From Nitratireductor sp. (lineage in GTDB: Bacteria > Pseudomonadota > Alphaproteobacteria > Rhizobiales > Rhizobiaceae), in contig JBDWLQ010000005.1 of assembly GCA_039973095.1 (NCBI GenBank), positions 183,849-247,848 of the forward strand: 64,000 nt of DNA, given 5' to 3'. The notes under the pieces are model-generated. The model had not been told where the DNA came from. It made no database searches and saw only the letters and a list, made by a program, of their open reading frames with translations. Shown piece by piece: positions 19,722-28,775 of the stretch; the first letter of the stretch is position 1, and the number at the start of each line of letters is the position of its first letter. Made by a program: the position numbers and the translations under genes.

Positions 19722-20618
19722 CTAGCGCTGGCACGAGGGGCAATAGAAAGTCGACCGGCCCGACTGCACGCTACGCAGCACGACGCTGTCGCATCCGGGC
19801 TTGGCGCAGGGCTCGCCTTCGCGGTCGTAAACGGCGAAACGGTGCTGAAAGTAACCCAGCGCCCCGTCGGCATGAACATAGTCGCGCAGCGACGAGCCGC
19901 CGGCCTCGATCGCTTCCACGATCACCGCGCGGACCGCCGCGGCGAGCCGGTCGCAGGCCGCTGTCGCGCCGCCGCGTTTGGTCACGATCGACCCGGCCGC
20001 GCGGTCGGGAGCCAGTCCCGCCCGCCACAGGGCCTCGCACACATAGATATTGCCGAGCCCGGCGATCAGGCGCTGGTCGAGCAGGGCGGCCTTCAGCGGT
20101 GCGCGCCGGTTGCGAAAAAGGCTGGCGAGCAGGGCGCCGTCGAGCCTGTTTCCGGTCGGTTCTGCGCCGAGCTTGCCGATCAGCGGATGCGCGGCCAGTT
20201 CCCCTTCCTCGGCGAACGCCATGAAGCCGAAACGGCGCGGATCGTTGAAGACGATCCGGGCGTTTGCGCCGGTCTTCGGCGCGAGATGGAAGACCACGTG
20301 GTCATGCGCGGCATTTTTGGAGCGGGCATGGTGAAACCGGCCGGGCGGGTCGCCATCGGGCCCGTCCGTCTCGATGCGCCAGGAGCCCGACATGCCCAGA
20401 TGGCTGATCAGGGTCAGGCCGTCGTCGAGATGGGCGAGAAGATATTTGGCGCGCCGCGACAGGCCGTCGACGCGCCGCCCGGTCAGTCGGCCGGCGAAAT
20501 CGGCGGGAAAGGGGAAGCGCAGATCGGGCCGCCGCTGCTCGACCGACAGGATGCGCGCGCCCTCCATCACCGGGGCGAGCCCGCGACGCACCGTTTCGAC
20601 CTCGGGCAGCTCAGGCAT
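19722..20618 (-). CDS. mutM: Formamidopyrimidine-DNA glycosylase
   Basis: 298 aa starting [14 protein letters not shown], with a C-terminal four-Cys zinc finger. The ATG overlaps the end of deoB by 8 nt. Confidence 0.93.
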   Translation of the reverse strand: MPELPEVETVRRGLAPVMEGARILSVEQRRPDLRFPFPADFAGRLTGRRVDGLSRRAKYLLAHLDDGLTLISHLGMSGSWRIETDGPDGDPPGRFHHARSKNAAHDHVVFHLAPKTGANARIVFNDPRRFGFMAFAEEGELAAHPLIGKLGAEPTGNRLDGALLASLFRNRRAPLKAALLDQRLIAGLGNIYVCEALWRAGLAPDRAAGSIVTKRGGATAACDRLAAAVRAVIVEAIEAGGSSLRDYVHADGALGYFQHRFAVYDREGEPCAKPGCDSVVLRSVQSGRSTFYCPSCQR

Positions 20619-21849
20619 CGGCGTGCAACTCGGCCAGAAAGGAGCGGCCGTAGGGACCGGCCGGCACGCCCAGATGCGCGGCCACCGTCTCGCCGATATC
20701 GGCGAAGCTGGTGCGCACCCCGAGCGCGGCCGCAGCAAGGCCGGGGCCGGTGCCGAACACCGGCACGCGCTCGCGCGTATGGTCGGTGCCGGGCCAGGTT
20801 GGGTCGCAGCCATGATCGGCCGTCAGGATCAGAAGGTCGCCCTCCACCAGCCGCGACAGCGCCTCGGGCAGGCGGGCGTCGAACGCCTCGAGTGCCGCCG
20901 CATAGCCCGCGACGTCGCGCCGGTGACCGAACAGCATGTCGAAATCGACGAAGTTCGCGAACACCAGATCGCCGTCGTCGGCATCCTCCATCGCTGTGAG
21001 CGCGGCGTCGAACAGCGCCATGTTGCCGGCTGCCTTGCGCACCTCGCTCACGCCGCGATGGGCGAAGATGTCGCCGATCTTGCCGATGCCGATCACGCGG
21101 CCGCCGGCCTCGGTCACCCGGTCGAGCAGCGTCGGCTCGACGGGTGGAACCGCATAGTCGCGCCGGTTGGCCGTACGGACGAAGTCAGACGGGGTTTCGC
21201 CGATGAAAGGCCGCGCGATCACGCGGCCGATATTGAGCGGGTCGACCAGGCGCCGGACCGTGGCGCACAGCGCGTAGAGACGCTCGAGGCCGAAATGGGT
21301 TTCGTGCGCGGCGATCTGGAACACCGAATCCGCCGAGGTGTAGCAGATCGGCCTGCCCGTGCGGACATGCTCCTCGCCGAGTTTCGCGATGATCTCGGTG
21401 CCCGAGGCGTGGCAATTGCCCAAAATCCCCGGCAGCCCGGTCTCGCTGAGGATCGCCGCCACCAGATCGTCGGGGAAGCTCGGCTCGGTGTCGGGGAAAT
21501 AGCCCCACGCGAACGGCACCGGCAGGCCGGCGATCTCCCAATGACCCGAGGGCGTGTCCTTGCCCTTGGAAACCTCCTGCGCGGCGCCGAAGAATCCGCC
21601 CGACGCGCGCCGGTCTGGCGCCTTTCCGTTCGGGGCGGCCGCCGTTTCCGCGGCCAGGGTGAGGCCGAGGGCCGTCATGTTTGGCAGGTCGAGGGGACCT
21701 TCGCGCAGCCCCGCACGGTCGGCTTTTCCCCTCGCGGCCGCTTGCGCGATATGCGCGAACGTGTTGGCGCCCTCGTCGCCGAACTCGGCGGCATCCGGCG
21801 CGCCGCCTATGCCGAAGGAGTCGAGCACGTAGAGAAAGGCGCGCGCCAT
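20611..21849 (-). CDS. deoB: Phosphopentomutase
   Basis: 412 aa starting [20 protein letters not shown]..., with ...[11 protein letters not shown] metal-site motifs of the DeoB family. Confidence 0.9.
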   Translation of the reverse strand: MARAFLYVLDSFGIGGAPDAAEFGDEGANTFAHIAQAAARGKADRAGLREGPLDLPNMTALGLTLAAETAAAPNGKAPDRRASGGFFGAAQEVSKGKDTPSGHWEIAGLPVPFAWGYFPDTEPSFPDDLVAAILSETGLPGILGNCHASGTEIIAKLGEEHVRTGRPICYTSADSVFQIAAHETHFGLERLYALCATVRRLVDPLNIGRVIARPFIGETPSDFVRTANRRDYAVPPVEPTLLDRVTEAGGRVIGIGKIGDIFAHRGVSEVRKAAGNMALFDAALTAMEDADDGDLVFANFVDFDMLFGHRRDVAGYAAALEAFDARLPEALSRLVEGDLLILTADHGCDPTWPGTDHTRERVPVFGTGPGLAAAALGVRTSFADIGETVAAHLGVPAGPYGRSFLAELHADA

Positions 21850-21972
21850 GGCTGAACGTCCTTACACAGTGGTTTCAACGACACTTAGAAGTGATGCGGC
21901 GAATTGGCAATTCGGAAACCAAACGGCAAGGTCGCCATGCGATAGACAACGGATCAAGGCTGCGGAGCGGAG

Positions 21973-22920
21973 ATGGCGATGAAACGGACGACGTTTGCGG
22001 GACTGGCCGTGGTCGCGACGGTCGCATTCGGGCAGCCCGCCGCCCATGCCGGCTGGAAGGACGAGATCAAAACACTGCGCATCGGCATGCTCGCGCGCCC
22101 CGGCGCCGGAGCGACCGTACCGGGTGCGTCGGCGATCGAGCGCGCCTTTTCGCAGGCCCTGGGCGTTCCGGTCGACATCTTCGTTGCGCGCGATTTCGCC
22201 GCCCTGATCGACGCCCAGGCCAATGCCCGTGTGCATTATGCGGTCTATTCGGCCCTGGCCTATGCGCTCGCCTGGCGCCGCTGCGGCTGTGTGGAGCCGC
22301 TTGCCGCTCCGATATCGCGCGACGGCGCCACCGGCATCCGCTCCCTGCTCGTCGTTGCGCCCGACGTGGCACAACGGCAGACGCCGCCGCGCATCGCCTT
22401 CGTGCCGGGCAGCCTGTCTTCGGATTTTCTGCCGCGACTGGAGTCCAGGGACGGGGCGGAAAAGGGGCGCGCGGCGCGCGAAGATCGTTTCGCCGTGGAC
22501 AGCGCCGCGGAGGCCGAGCGCCGCTTCGCCGCCGGCGAGGTCGACGGTCTGTTCGGCTGGGCCTACCAGCGCGTCGGCGGCGCGACCGGCGGCACGGTGG
22601 ACCGTCTTGTCGCCGCGGGTCTCGACGCGGACGGTTTCGAGGTTGCTTGGACGTCGGCGCCGATACGTTATGGCCCGCACGCGGTCCGCGTCGACCTGCC
22701 GGACGATCTCAAGCAGGCGCTGGCACGGTTTCTGACAGGCATGAAGCAGCAGCAGCCCGACATCTATGATCTGCTGGAGGAAGAGCGTCAGGGAGGCTTC
22801 CTGCGTGTCTCGCAGTCGGATTATCGAAGCGCGCTCGACCTGACCGAACTCGTCGTGCCGCCGCGGCCCGTTGCGGTGGCTCCCGTTACCGGAGCTTCAG
22901 AAAGCCCAGCGGAGTTTTGA
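21973..22920 (+). CDS. Periplasmic substrate-binding protein, PhnD-like (phosphonate/phosphite ABC family), orphan
   Basis: 315 aa with a signal peptide (AVVATVAFGQPAAHA) and an LRIGML...VDIFVARDFAALIDAQ...VHYAVYSALAY pattern resembling PhnD. No permease or ATPase gene is adjacent. Confidence 0.6.
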   Translation: MAMKRTTFAGLAVVATVAFGQPAAHAGWKDEIKTLRIGMLARPGAGATVPGASAIERAFSQALGVPVDIFVARDFAALIDAQANARVHYAVYSALAYALAWRRCGCVEPLAAPISRDGATGIRSLLVVAPDVAQRQTPPRIAFVPGSLSSDFLPRLESRDGAEKGRAAREDRFAVDSAAEAERRFAAGEVDGLFGWAYQRVGGATGGTVDRLVAAGLDADGFEVAWTSAPIRYGPHAVRVDLPDDLKQALARFLTGMKQQQPDIYDLLEEERQGGFLRVSQSDYRSALDLTELVVPPRPVAVAPVTGASESPAEF

Positions 22921-23041
22921 GCCGGCTGCTCTGGCCCTGAAGCAGGGCTGCCGGCCACGGGACCCGGTTTCGCGATCGCGACAGTCGACGGATCGGAAGC
23001 CAGGAGTGCACGCCGATGGCCGCGCGATCACGCCCTGCTTC

Positions 23042-23665
23042 TTAGCAGTCGATGCATTTCACCTGCTGGCTCATGCGCGGCCGCAGATAGTATTTCTCGC
23101 CCATGCTGATCTTGTCGAAGGCGGCGGCCAGGCCGATCGTCGTCTTCTTTTCGGCATTCCAGGTAAGCACCGGCTTGTAGTCCAGCTTTGCTTCGCCGCG
23201 GATGAGAAACGTGCCCCTGACCTTGAGGTCCTCGGGCACGGTCGTCGTCGTGCCGGCCGTCAGATAGTCGCTCGCCGCGCCGTTGACCATCTTGCGCGAC
23301 CAGGCGACCTTGACCTTGGGCGTGTCCTCGTCGGTGATTTCGATCCCAGTGACGTAGATCGATGGCGAGGTGCGGTTATAGGGCTGGATAACCGACCCGC
23401 CGATCTTCATGATCGCGTCGATCTCGGATTCGGTGATCTGCTGCTGCTGGGTGATCAGATCGGCGACCATCGAGGCGATACGGCCGGTCTTCTTATTGGC
23501 TTCGATCGCCTGCGAGGTCTCCATGGTCATGAAATAAAGCCCGATCAGGATCGGCACCACAAACGCGAATTCCAGCGCGGCCGCGGCGCGGCGGTCGTGC
23601 CACAGGCTGACAAGCGTCGCCTTCGAAAACAGGCTCCGACACGAAAATCCGTTTCGCCCCAACAT
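23042..23665 (-). CDS. TadE-like pseudopilin/pilus assembly protein
   Basis: ATG 23665 has a strong SD (ggaaggag). The N-terminus carries a TadE-type segment AAAALEFAFVVPILIGLYF. Confidence 0.75.
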   Translation of the reverse strand: MLGRNGFSCRSLFSKATLVSLWHDRRAAAALEFAFVVPILIGLYFMTMETSQAIEANKKTGRIASMVADLITQQQQITESEIDAIMKIGGSVIQPYNRTSPSIYVTGIEITDEDTPKVKVAWSRKMVNGAASDYLTAGTTTTVPEDLKVRGTFLIRGEAKLDYKPVLTWNAEKKTTIGLAAAFDKISMGEKYYLRPRMSQQVKCIDC

Positions 23666-23714
23666 CACTACGGCTCCTTCCTTGCCTGGCGCACTTAGCC
23701 TCGCCACGGCGACA

Positions 23715-24293
23715 TCAATCGTCGAACGGCTCGTTCTGCCAGGTGGCTGTCGCGAAGTGCAGCGTCTTGCCGTCCTTCAGATTCGACAGCGATTTGCGCA
23801 TGAAGTCGGTCATGACCGGCCAGCGGTAAAAGACCCGCAGCATGTTCTTGCTCAGCGACGGGCCGGGGTCGACATCGAATTCGCTGGTGTCGATATCCTT
23901 GTCCGAAGTCATCTTGATCCGCACCTTGGACGCTTCTTCGAAGGTGGCGAATTCCCGCAGATCCACCTCCAGCCCCGGGCAGCCTGCCGCCACGATGATT
24001 TCGATCTGGTCGCAGATCTTCTGCTTGAGCAGGGCCTCGTTCAGGCCGCCCGCCTTGAGCTGGCCGGTCCGGACCTGACGCGCGACATTGTCGGTCGCCG
24101 ACGTCAGCACTTGCTGGCCGGCAAACGAGATACAGCTTTCCAGAATCGCGAAAACCAGCATGGAGAACGGCAGCGCCAGCGCCACGAATTCGATCGCGAC
24201 GGCGCCGTCGCGGTTGCGCGCGAACCGGCCGAAAAGACCTCTGCGCGTTCGTGTCGTCGCGGCTTCCCGCTCTGCCGACATGTCCTGTGTCAT
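23715..24293 (-). CDS. TadE-like pseudopilin/pilus assembly protein
   Basis: ATG 24293 has an aggag SD. The TadE-type segment is DGAVAIEFVALALPFSMLVFAILE. Confidence 0.75.
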   Translation of the reverse strand: MTQDMSAEREAATTRTRRGLFGRFARNRDGAVAIEFVALALPFSMLVFAILESCISFAGQQVLTSATDNVARQVRTGQLKAGGLNEALLKQKICDQIEIIVAAGCPGLEVDLREFATFEEASKVRIKMTSDKDIDTSEFDVDPGPSLSKNMLRVFYRWPVMTDFMRKSLSNLKDGKTLHFATATWQNEPFDD

Positions 24294-24472
24294 TGCCAAC
24301 TCCTGCCAACCCCAATTGCAGTCGTGCAAAGACGATTAGCGCATGGCGGTTGAATTCCCGTTTTGGCAACCAGGAAAATTGTCCGCGTTGCGTTTACCGA
24401 CGCTTTACCGGCATCGGGACCGCGGATTTCCGGCGGTTCCGCCGGTCTGCGGGCGCGGATGCGGTCGGCGCG

Positions 24473-24913
24473 CTACTGGCTGGCGCTCATTTCGCTTTCC
24501 GACAGGCGCTCGGCATCGCTCTTGTAGGAGCTCTCGCAATAGGGCGTGCACGACAGCGTCTGGACCTCGGCACGGCGATAGATGCGTACGGATTTGTTGT
24601 CCTGGCGGGCCACGTAGATCTGTTCGTCGACGATCGGGGCGCCGTCCAGGTCGAGAACGACGATATTGGTGACGCCGAAGCCGCGCCCCGTCAGCACGAG
24701 CGTGGTGGCGTCCTGGACCGAGGCGTCGGCGATCTGCGGATTGCCCACCACGATCGTGTCCGCCGGCCGCGTCAGCTTTACGATCTTCGCTTCGTTCATC
24801 AGGATGCGAATGCCCGCTTCCGCGAGGGCAGGCGCGGCTCCCGCTGCCAGCGACAGCGCTGCCAACGCGCCGATCAGGACCTGTCGTGCCGGGAGTTTCG
24901 ATGTCGACGCCAT
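24473..24913 (-). CDS. Secreted protein consisting of a pilus-formation/secretin N-terminal domain
   Basis: 146 aa with a signal peptide. The core IRILMNEAKIVKLTRPADTIVVGNPQIADASV...GFGVTNIVVLDLDG aligns by eye with CpaC residues RIKLGLNKSVVIDLPQDAYDILVANPTVADAVT...VGETNIYVFGANG. Confidence 0.7.
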   Translation of the reverse strand: MASTSKLPARQVLIGALAALSLAAGAAPALAEAGIRILMNEAKIVKLTRPADTIVVGNPQIADASVQDATTLVLTGRGFGVTNIVVLDLDGAPIVDEQIYVARQDNKSVRIYRRAEVQTLSCTPYCESSYKSDAERLSESEMSASQ

Positions 24914-25253
24914 GGGTCTCTCCGCCTCGTGCTTGCCGAAAGATGAACCGGATTGGTGAATCTTCGGTTAAGCGCGGCCGCGAACCTGGCGGGATTGCCC
25001 TTTTGGTCCCCCGTGCCGGGACACCTCGCTCGCGTGCGCGAGTCTTTCACGATCCCGGTGAGGCCGTATTCGCGGCGTCGAGCCGGCGGTGCGCCTCTCC
25101 GCCGCCGGCAAAAAGGCGCGGCGGCGTCCAAATAAGACGCGCCCCGTTACAGGCAGATAACCGCGACCATGCGCATTGTGCCGGTGTTCGGGCGACCGTC
25201 GTTCGGGGGGCAAATCGAAGTGGGCGGCAAAGCATACAATGCGCGGGTTTTGC

Positions 25254-25269
25254 TTATGTCAAATTTAAC
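25254..25269 (+). promoter_or_regulatory. Candidate CtrA box upstream of the flp pilin gene
   Basis: TTATgtcaaatTTAAC is an 8/9 match to TTAA-N7-TTAAC and lies about 150 nt upstream of the pilin ATG. Confidence 0.35.
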
Positions 25270-25417
25270 CAACAGGGGCAGTTGCAAGGGTTAGGGTTTC
25301 GGTAAGTCTGTTTCTTAAGCCGATCGAAACAGCTTCCCCGTAGTGTCTGGCCATCCGATCAACGCACGAAGAAATGTTGACGGGCTGTGCTGTAACACGT
25401 GGAGTAGGAGCTCTCGA

Positions 25418-25594
25418 ATGTCTAAGCTTTTTGCACGTTTCGTGAAAGATGAATCCGGCGCGACCGCTATCGAATACGGTCTGATCGCTGCCCTTATCGC
25501 CGTGGCCATCATGGCCGGCGCCGGTGCCCTGGGTACGTCGCTGGACAGCAAGTTCACGGAACTGTCGACCACGCTCGACAACGCCGGCAAGTAA
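25418..25594 (+). CDS. Flp-family type IVb pilin
   Basis: ATG 25418 follows ggagtaggag. The 58-aa prepilin MSKLFARFVKDESG/ATAIEYGLIAALIAVAI carries the Flp motif. Confidence 0.93.
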   Translation: MSKLFARFVKDESGATAIEYGLIAALIAVAIMAGAGALGTSLDSKFTELSTTLDNAGK

Positions 25595-25631
25595 CAGCCG
25601 TCTTCGGGCCGTCAAATGCCCGATATTGCCG

Positions 25632-25665
25632 AGGGGCCGCTTGTCGAGCGGCCCCTTTGCTTTGT
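25632..25665 (+). terminator. Rho-independent terminator/attenuator after the pilin gene
   Basis: Stem aggggccgc / gcggcccct with loop ttgtcga, followed by ttgctttg. Confidence 0.7.
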
Positions 25666-25737
25666 GCGGTTTCGGGTTTCACACTTGTTTAAGCGCGCAG
25701 GGCCTATCCTTGGATCATACCAACCGGTGAGGCGATC

Positions 25738-26250
25738 ATGATTGAAGCGGCGATCTTCGTCATCTTTCCGTTCTGCATGGCTTTCGCGGCCGTCTCCGAC
25801 ATGCTGTCGATGACGATCGCCAACCGCGTGCCGGTCTTGCTTGTCGCCGCCTTCGCCGTCCTGGCCCCGCTGACCGGCATGGCCTGGCCCGAATTCGGCA
25901 TGCATTTCGCCGCCATGGCTGCGGTGCTCGCCGTCACCTTCGCCCTGTTCGCCGTCGGCGGCATGGGCGGCGGCGACGCCAAGCTGCTCGCGGCCACGGC
26001 ATTGTGGATGGGGTTCGACATGAACCTGCTTTATTATCTCACCGCGTCGGCGATGTTCGGCGGCCTGCTGACCCTTTTCATCCTCCTTTATCGCCGCTCG
26101 CTTTTCGCCGACATTACGGTCAACAATCCGGTCCTGCGCCATTTCGCCGACCGCGACGCCGGCGTTCCCTACGGAATCGCGCTCGGGCTCGGCGGTTTGG
26201 CCGCCTATGTGCATTCGCCCCTCATGGTCTGGGCACTGGCCCAGGTCTAG
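25738..26250 (+). CDS. cpaA: Prepilin peptidase (A24 family, CpaA/TadV)
   Basis: 170-aa polytopic membrane protein with catalytic Asp contexts AVSDMLS and GGGDAKLLA. Confidence 0.9.
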   Translation: MIEAAIFVIFPFCMAFAAVSDMLSMTIANRVPVLLVAAFAVLAPLTGMAWPEFGMHFAAMAAVLAVTFALFAVGGMGGGDAKLLAATALWMGFDMNLLYYLTASAMFGGLLTLFILLYRRSLFADITVNNPVLRHFADRDAGVPYGIALGLGGLAAYVHSPLMVWALAQV

Positions 26251-26305
26251 CCGGCGCGCGCCGCGATCCGTAAACCTTGAATTAAGGACGATCGTAAGCA
26301 TTGCA

Positions 26306-26321
26306 TTAACCCTAATTTGAC
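26306..26321 (+). promoter_or_regulatory. Candidate CtrA-like box upstream of cpaB
   Basis: TTAAccctaatTTGAC is an 8/9 match to TTAA-N7-TTAAC and lies 60 nt upstream of the cpaB ATG. Confidence 0.25.
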
Positions 26322-26380
26322 GATTGCTCCCGCATTGTCGCCCCCGGTGAACGCAAATCGCCGGGTAAAGGTGCGGGTCG

Positions 26381-27193
26381 ATGAACACTTCACGCTTGAT
26401 CATTCTGGGTGTCGCCGTCGTCGCGGCTGGCGTTGCCGGCTATATCGCAAAGAACCTGGCGACGGCGCCGGCGCCGATCGTGGTCGCGGATGCCGTGCCG
26501 CGCGAACCGGCGGTTCGCATGACCGAGGTGCTGGTGCTGTCGGAGGACCTGCCGATCGGTCAGCCGCTGGAAAACCAGATGCGCTGGCAGGACTGGCCGT
26601 CCGAGGCGGTCAGCGACGGTTTTATTACCCGTGACGCTGAAGGCGACGCTCAGGAAGCCCTGAAGGGGGCGATTGCCCGCCTGCCGATGTATGCCGGCGA
26701 ACCCGTTCGGCGTTCAAAACTGATCGGCGCGGGTCAAAGTTTCATGTCGGCGATCCTGCCGTCCGGCAAGCGTGCGATCGCGACCCAGATCTCGGCCGAT
26801 ACCTCGGCTGGCGGCTTCATTCTGCCCAATGACTATGTCGATGTGATCATGACACGACGCGCCGAAAGCGGCGGCGCGCAGGGCTTCGTCACCGAAACCA
26901 TCCTGAAAAACATTCGCGTCCTGGCCATCGACCAGACGATCACCGAGGACGAGGAAGGTCGCAAGGTCAAGGTCGGCGAGACCGCGACCCTCGAATTGAC
27001 GGCCCAGCAGGCCGAAATCATCACCGTGGCCCAGCAGCTCGCCGACAGGCTGACGCTGGCGCTGCGTTCGATCAAGGATGCCCAGGAAAAGCCGAGCGGT
27101 GAGGCCGACTATCTGGTGTCCGGCAATGGCCGGCGCGGCACGGTTCGGCTGATCAAATCGGGCGAAGTCTCTGAAGTTGGAGCGCGCAAATGA
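26381..27193 (+). CDS. cpaB: Flp pilus assembly protein CpaB/RcpC
   Basis: 270 aa with an N-terminal anchor, then SAF-like and RcpC regions. It sits between the peptidase and secretin genes, and its stop overlaps the cpaC start (ATGA). Confidence 0.88.
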   Translation: MNTSRLIILGVAVVAAGVAGYIAKNLATAPAPIVVADAVPREPAVRMTEVLVLSEDLPIGQPLENQMRWQDWPSEAVSDGFITRDAEGDAQEALKGAIARLPMYAGEPVRRSKLIGAGQSFMSAILPSGKRAIATQISADTSAGGFILPNDYVDVIMTRRAESGGAQGFVTETILKNIRVLAIDQTITEDEEGRKVKVGETATLELTAQQAEIITVAQQLADRLTLALRSIKDAQEKPSGEADYLVSGNGRRGTVRLIKSGEVSEVGARK

Positions 27194-28758
27194 CGTCGCA
27201 AATTCGCAAACTGCCGGGAAAAGACCGCAAAGCGGCGATCGCAACGGGGATCGCGACGTGCCTTTTCGCGATGGCGGCGATCGGCCTGCCCGCCGTACCC
27301 GGTTTCGGATCGGGCGAGGCGGCCGCCGCACAGGTCAAGGTGCGCTCGACCAGTTCGACGAGCCAGCGCATCAAGCTCGGCCTCAACAAGTCGGTCGTTA
27401 TCGATCTGCCGCAGGACGCCTACGACATTCTGGTGGCAAATCCGACGGTTGCCGACGCCGTGACGCGCACCGCGCGGCGCATCTATCTGTTCGGCAAGCA
27501 GGTCGGCGAGACCAATATCTATGTGTTCGGGGCCAACGGCGAGCAGATCGCCAGCCTGGACCTGGCGATCGAGCGCGACGTGGCCGGGCTGGAGGATTAT
27601 CTCGAACGCTTTATCCCGAACTCCGACATCACCGTTGAACTTCTGAACGACAACGTTGTCCTGACGGGAACGGTCGACACTCCGCTCGACGCATCGCGCG
27701 CCGCCCGGCTGGCGCAGATTTTTGTCACCGGCGGTGAAGCGACCACCGGCCAGTATGCGCAGACCGCCGCCGCGCCGACCGATGGCGGCGGCGTGGACAT
27801 CAACAACCCCGACGCCGAGCGGCGCGTCAGCCAGATCGTCAATCTCCTGAAGATCATCGGCGAGGACCAGGTCACGCTCAAGGTGACCGTCGCCGAAGTC
27901 AGCCGCGTTGTCATGAAGCAGCTCGGCGTCAACATCATGGGGTCGGGCACGTCCAACGGAATTTCCTGGGGTGCGATCAGCGAAAACATGTCCGGTCTGG
28001 GCAAGCACCTGAGCGGGTCGCAATTCAGCCTCGGCTCCGCCTTCGGCGCGAGCACGCTCGAGGCCTATCTGAATGCCATGGAACAGGCAGGCGTGATGAA
28101 GACGCTTGCCGAACCGACGCTGACGGCGATCTCGGGCGAGAAGGCGGTATTCCAGGTTGGCGGCGAGTTCAATCTCGTCGTGGGCCAGGAAGTCGATTCC
28201 GACACCGGCGGCATTTCCTATGATATCGAGAAGCTGGAATACGGGATCGGACTGGAATTCCTCCCGGTCGTGCTTTCGCCCGGTCGCATCAGCCTGAAGG
28301 TGCGTACCTCGGTCTCCGAACCGACGACGGAAGGATCGGTCGCGCTCGGCACCGGTGGCAAGAGGACCGCCACCAACCTCTTGTCGATCCGCAAGCGCCT
28401 CGCCGACACGACGGTCGAACTGCCCTCGGGCGGCTCGATGATGATCGCCGGCCTGGTGCGCGACGACATCCGTCAGGCAACGTCGGGAATGCCCGGCCTG
28501 TCGAAGTTGCCGGTCTTGGGCACGCTGTTCCGCAGCCGCGACTTCGTCCGCAACGAATCCGAGCTCGTCATCATCGTCACGCCCTATCTGGCGCGCCCGG
28601 TCGCCCGCCAGCAGCTTGCCCGTCCGGACGACAATTTCAACGCCGCCAGCGATGGCGCCGGCATGTTTCTGGGGCGCGTCAACCGCGTCTACGGCACTAT
28701 GAAGACCAACAAGCCCAAGGGTCGCTACCACGGTGTGGTCGGCTACATCTACAAATGA
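27190..28758 (+). CDS. cpaC: Tad secretin CpaC/RcpA
   Basis: 522 aa with a signal peptide, an N-terminal pilus-formation domain and a C-terminal secretin domain (PGLSKLPVLGTLFRS...ELVIIVTP). Confidence 0.93.
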   Translation: MTSQIRKLPGKDRKAAIATGIATCLFAMAAIGLPAVPGFGSGEAAAAQVKVRSTSSTSQRIKLGLNKSVVIDLPQDAYDILVANPTVADAVTRTARRIYLFGKQVGETNIYVFGANGEQIASLDLAIERDVAGLEDYLERFIPNSDITVELLNDNVVLTGTVDTPLDASRAARLAQIFVTGGEATTGQYAQTAAAPTDGGGVDINNPDAERRVSQIVNLLKIIGEDQVTLKVTVAEVSRVVMKQLGVNIMGSGTSNGISWGAISENMSGLGKHLSGSQFSLGSAFGASTLEAYLNAMEQAGVMKTLAEPTLTAISGEKAVFQVGGEFNLVVGQEVDSDTGGISYDIEKLEYGIGLEFLPVVLSPGRISLKVRTSVSEPTTEGSVALGTGGKRTATNLLSIRKRLADTTVELPSGGSMMIAGLVRDDIRQATSGMPGLSKLPVLGTLFRSRDFVRNESELVIIVTPYLARPVARQQLARPDDNFNAASDGAGMFLGRVNRVYGTMKTNKPKGRYHGVVGYIYK

Positions 28759-28775
28759 TCGCGAGGAACGGCACG

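Noticed and set aside
25029-25042. 14-nt GC palindrome ctcgcg-tg-cgcgag in the flp upstream region, as a possible operator.
   Set aside because: Short CG-rich palindromes are common in DNA of this composition. It is not repeated elsewhere in the locus, and I know of no regulator consensus that matches it.
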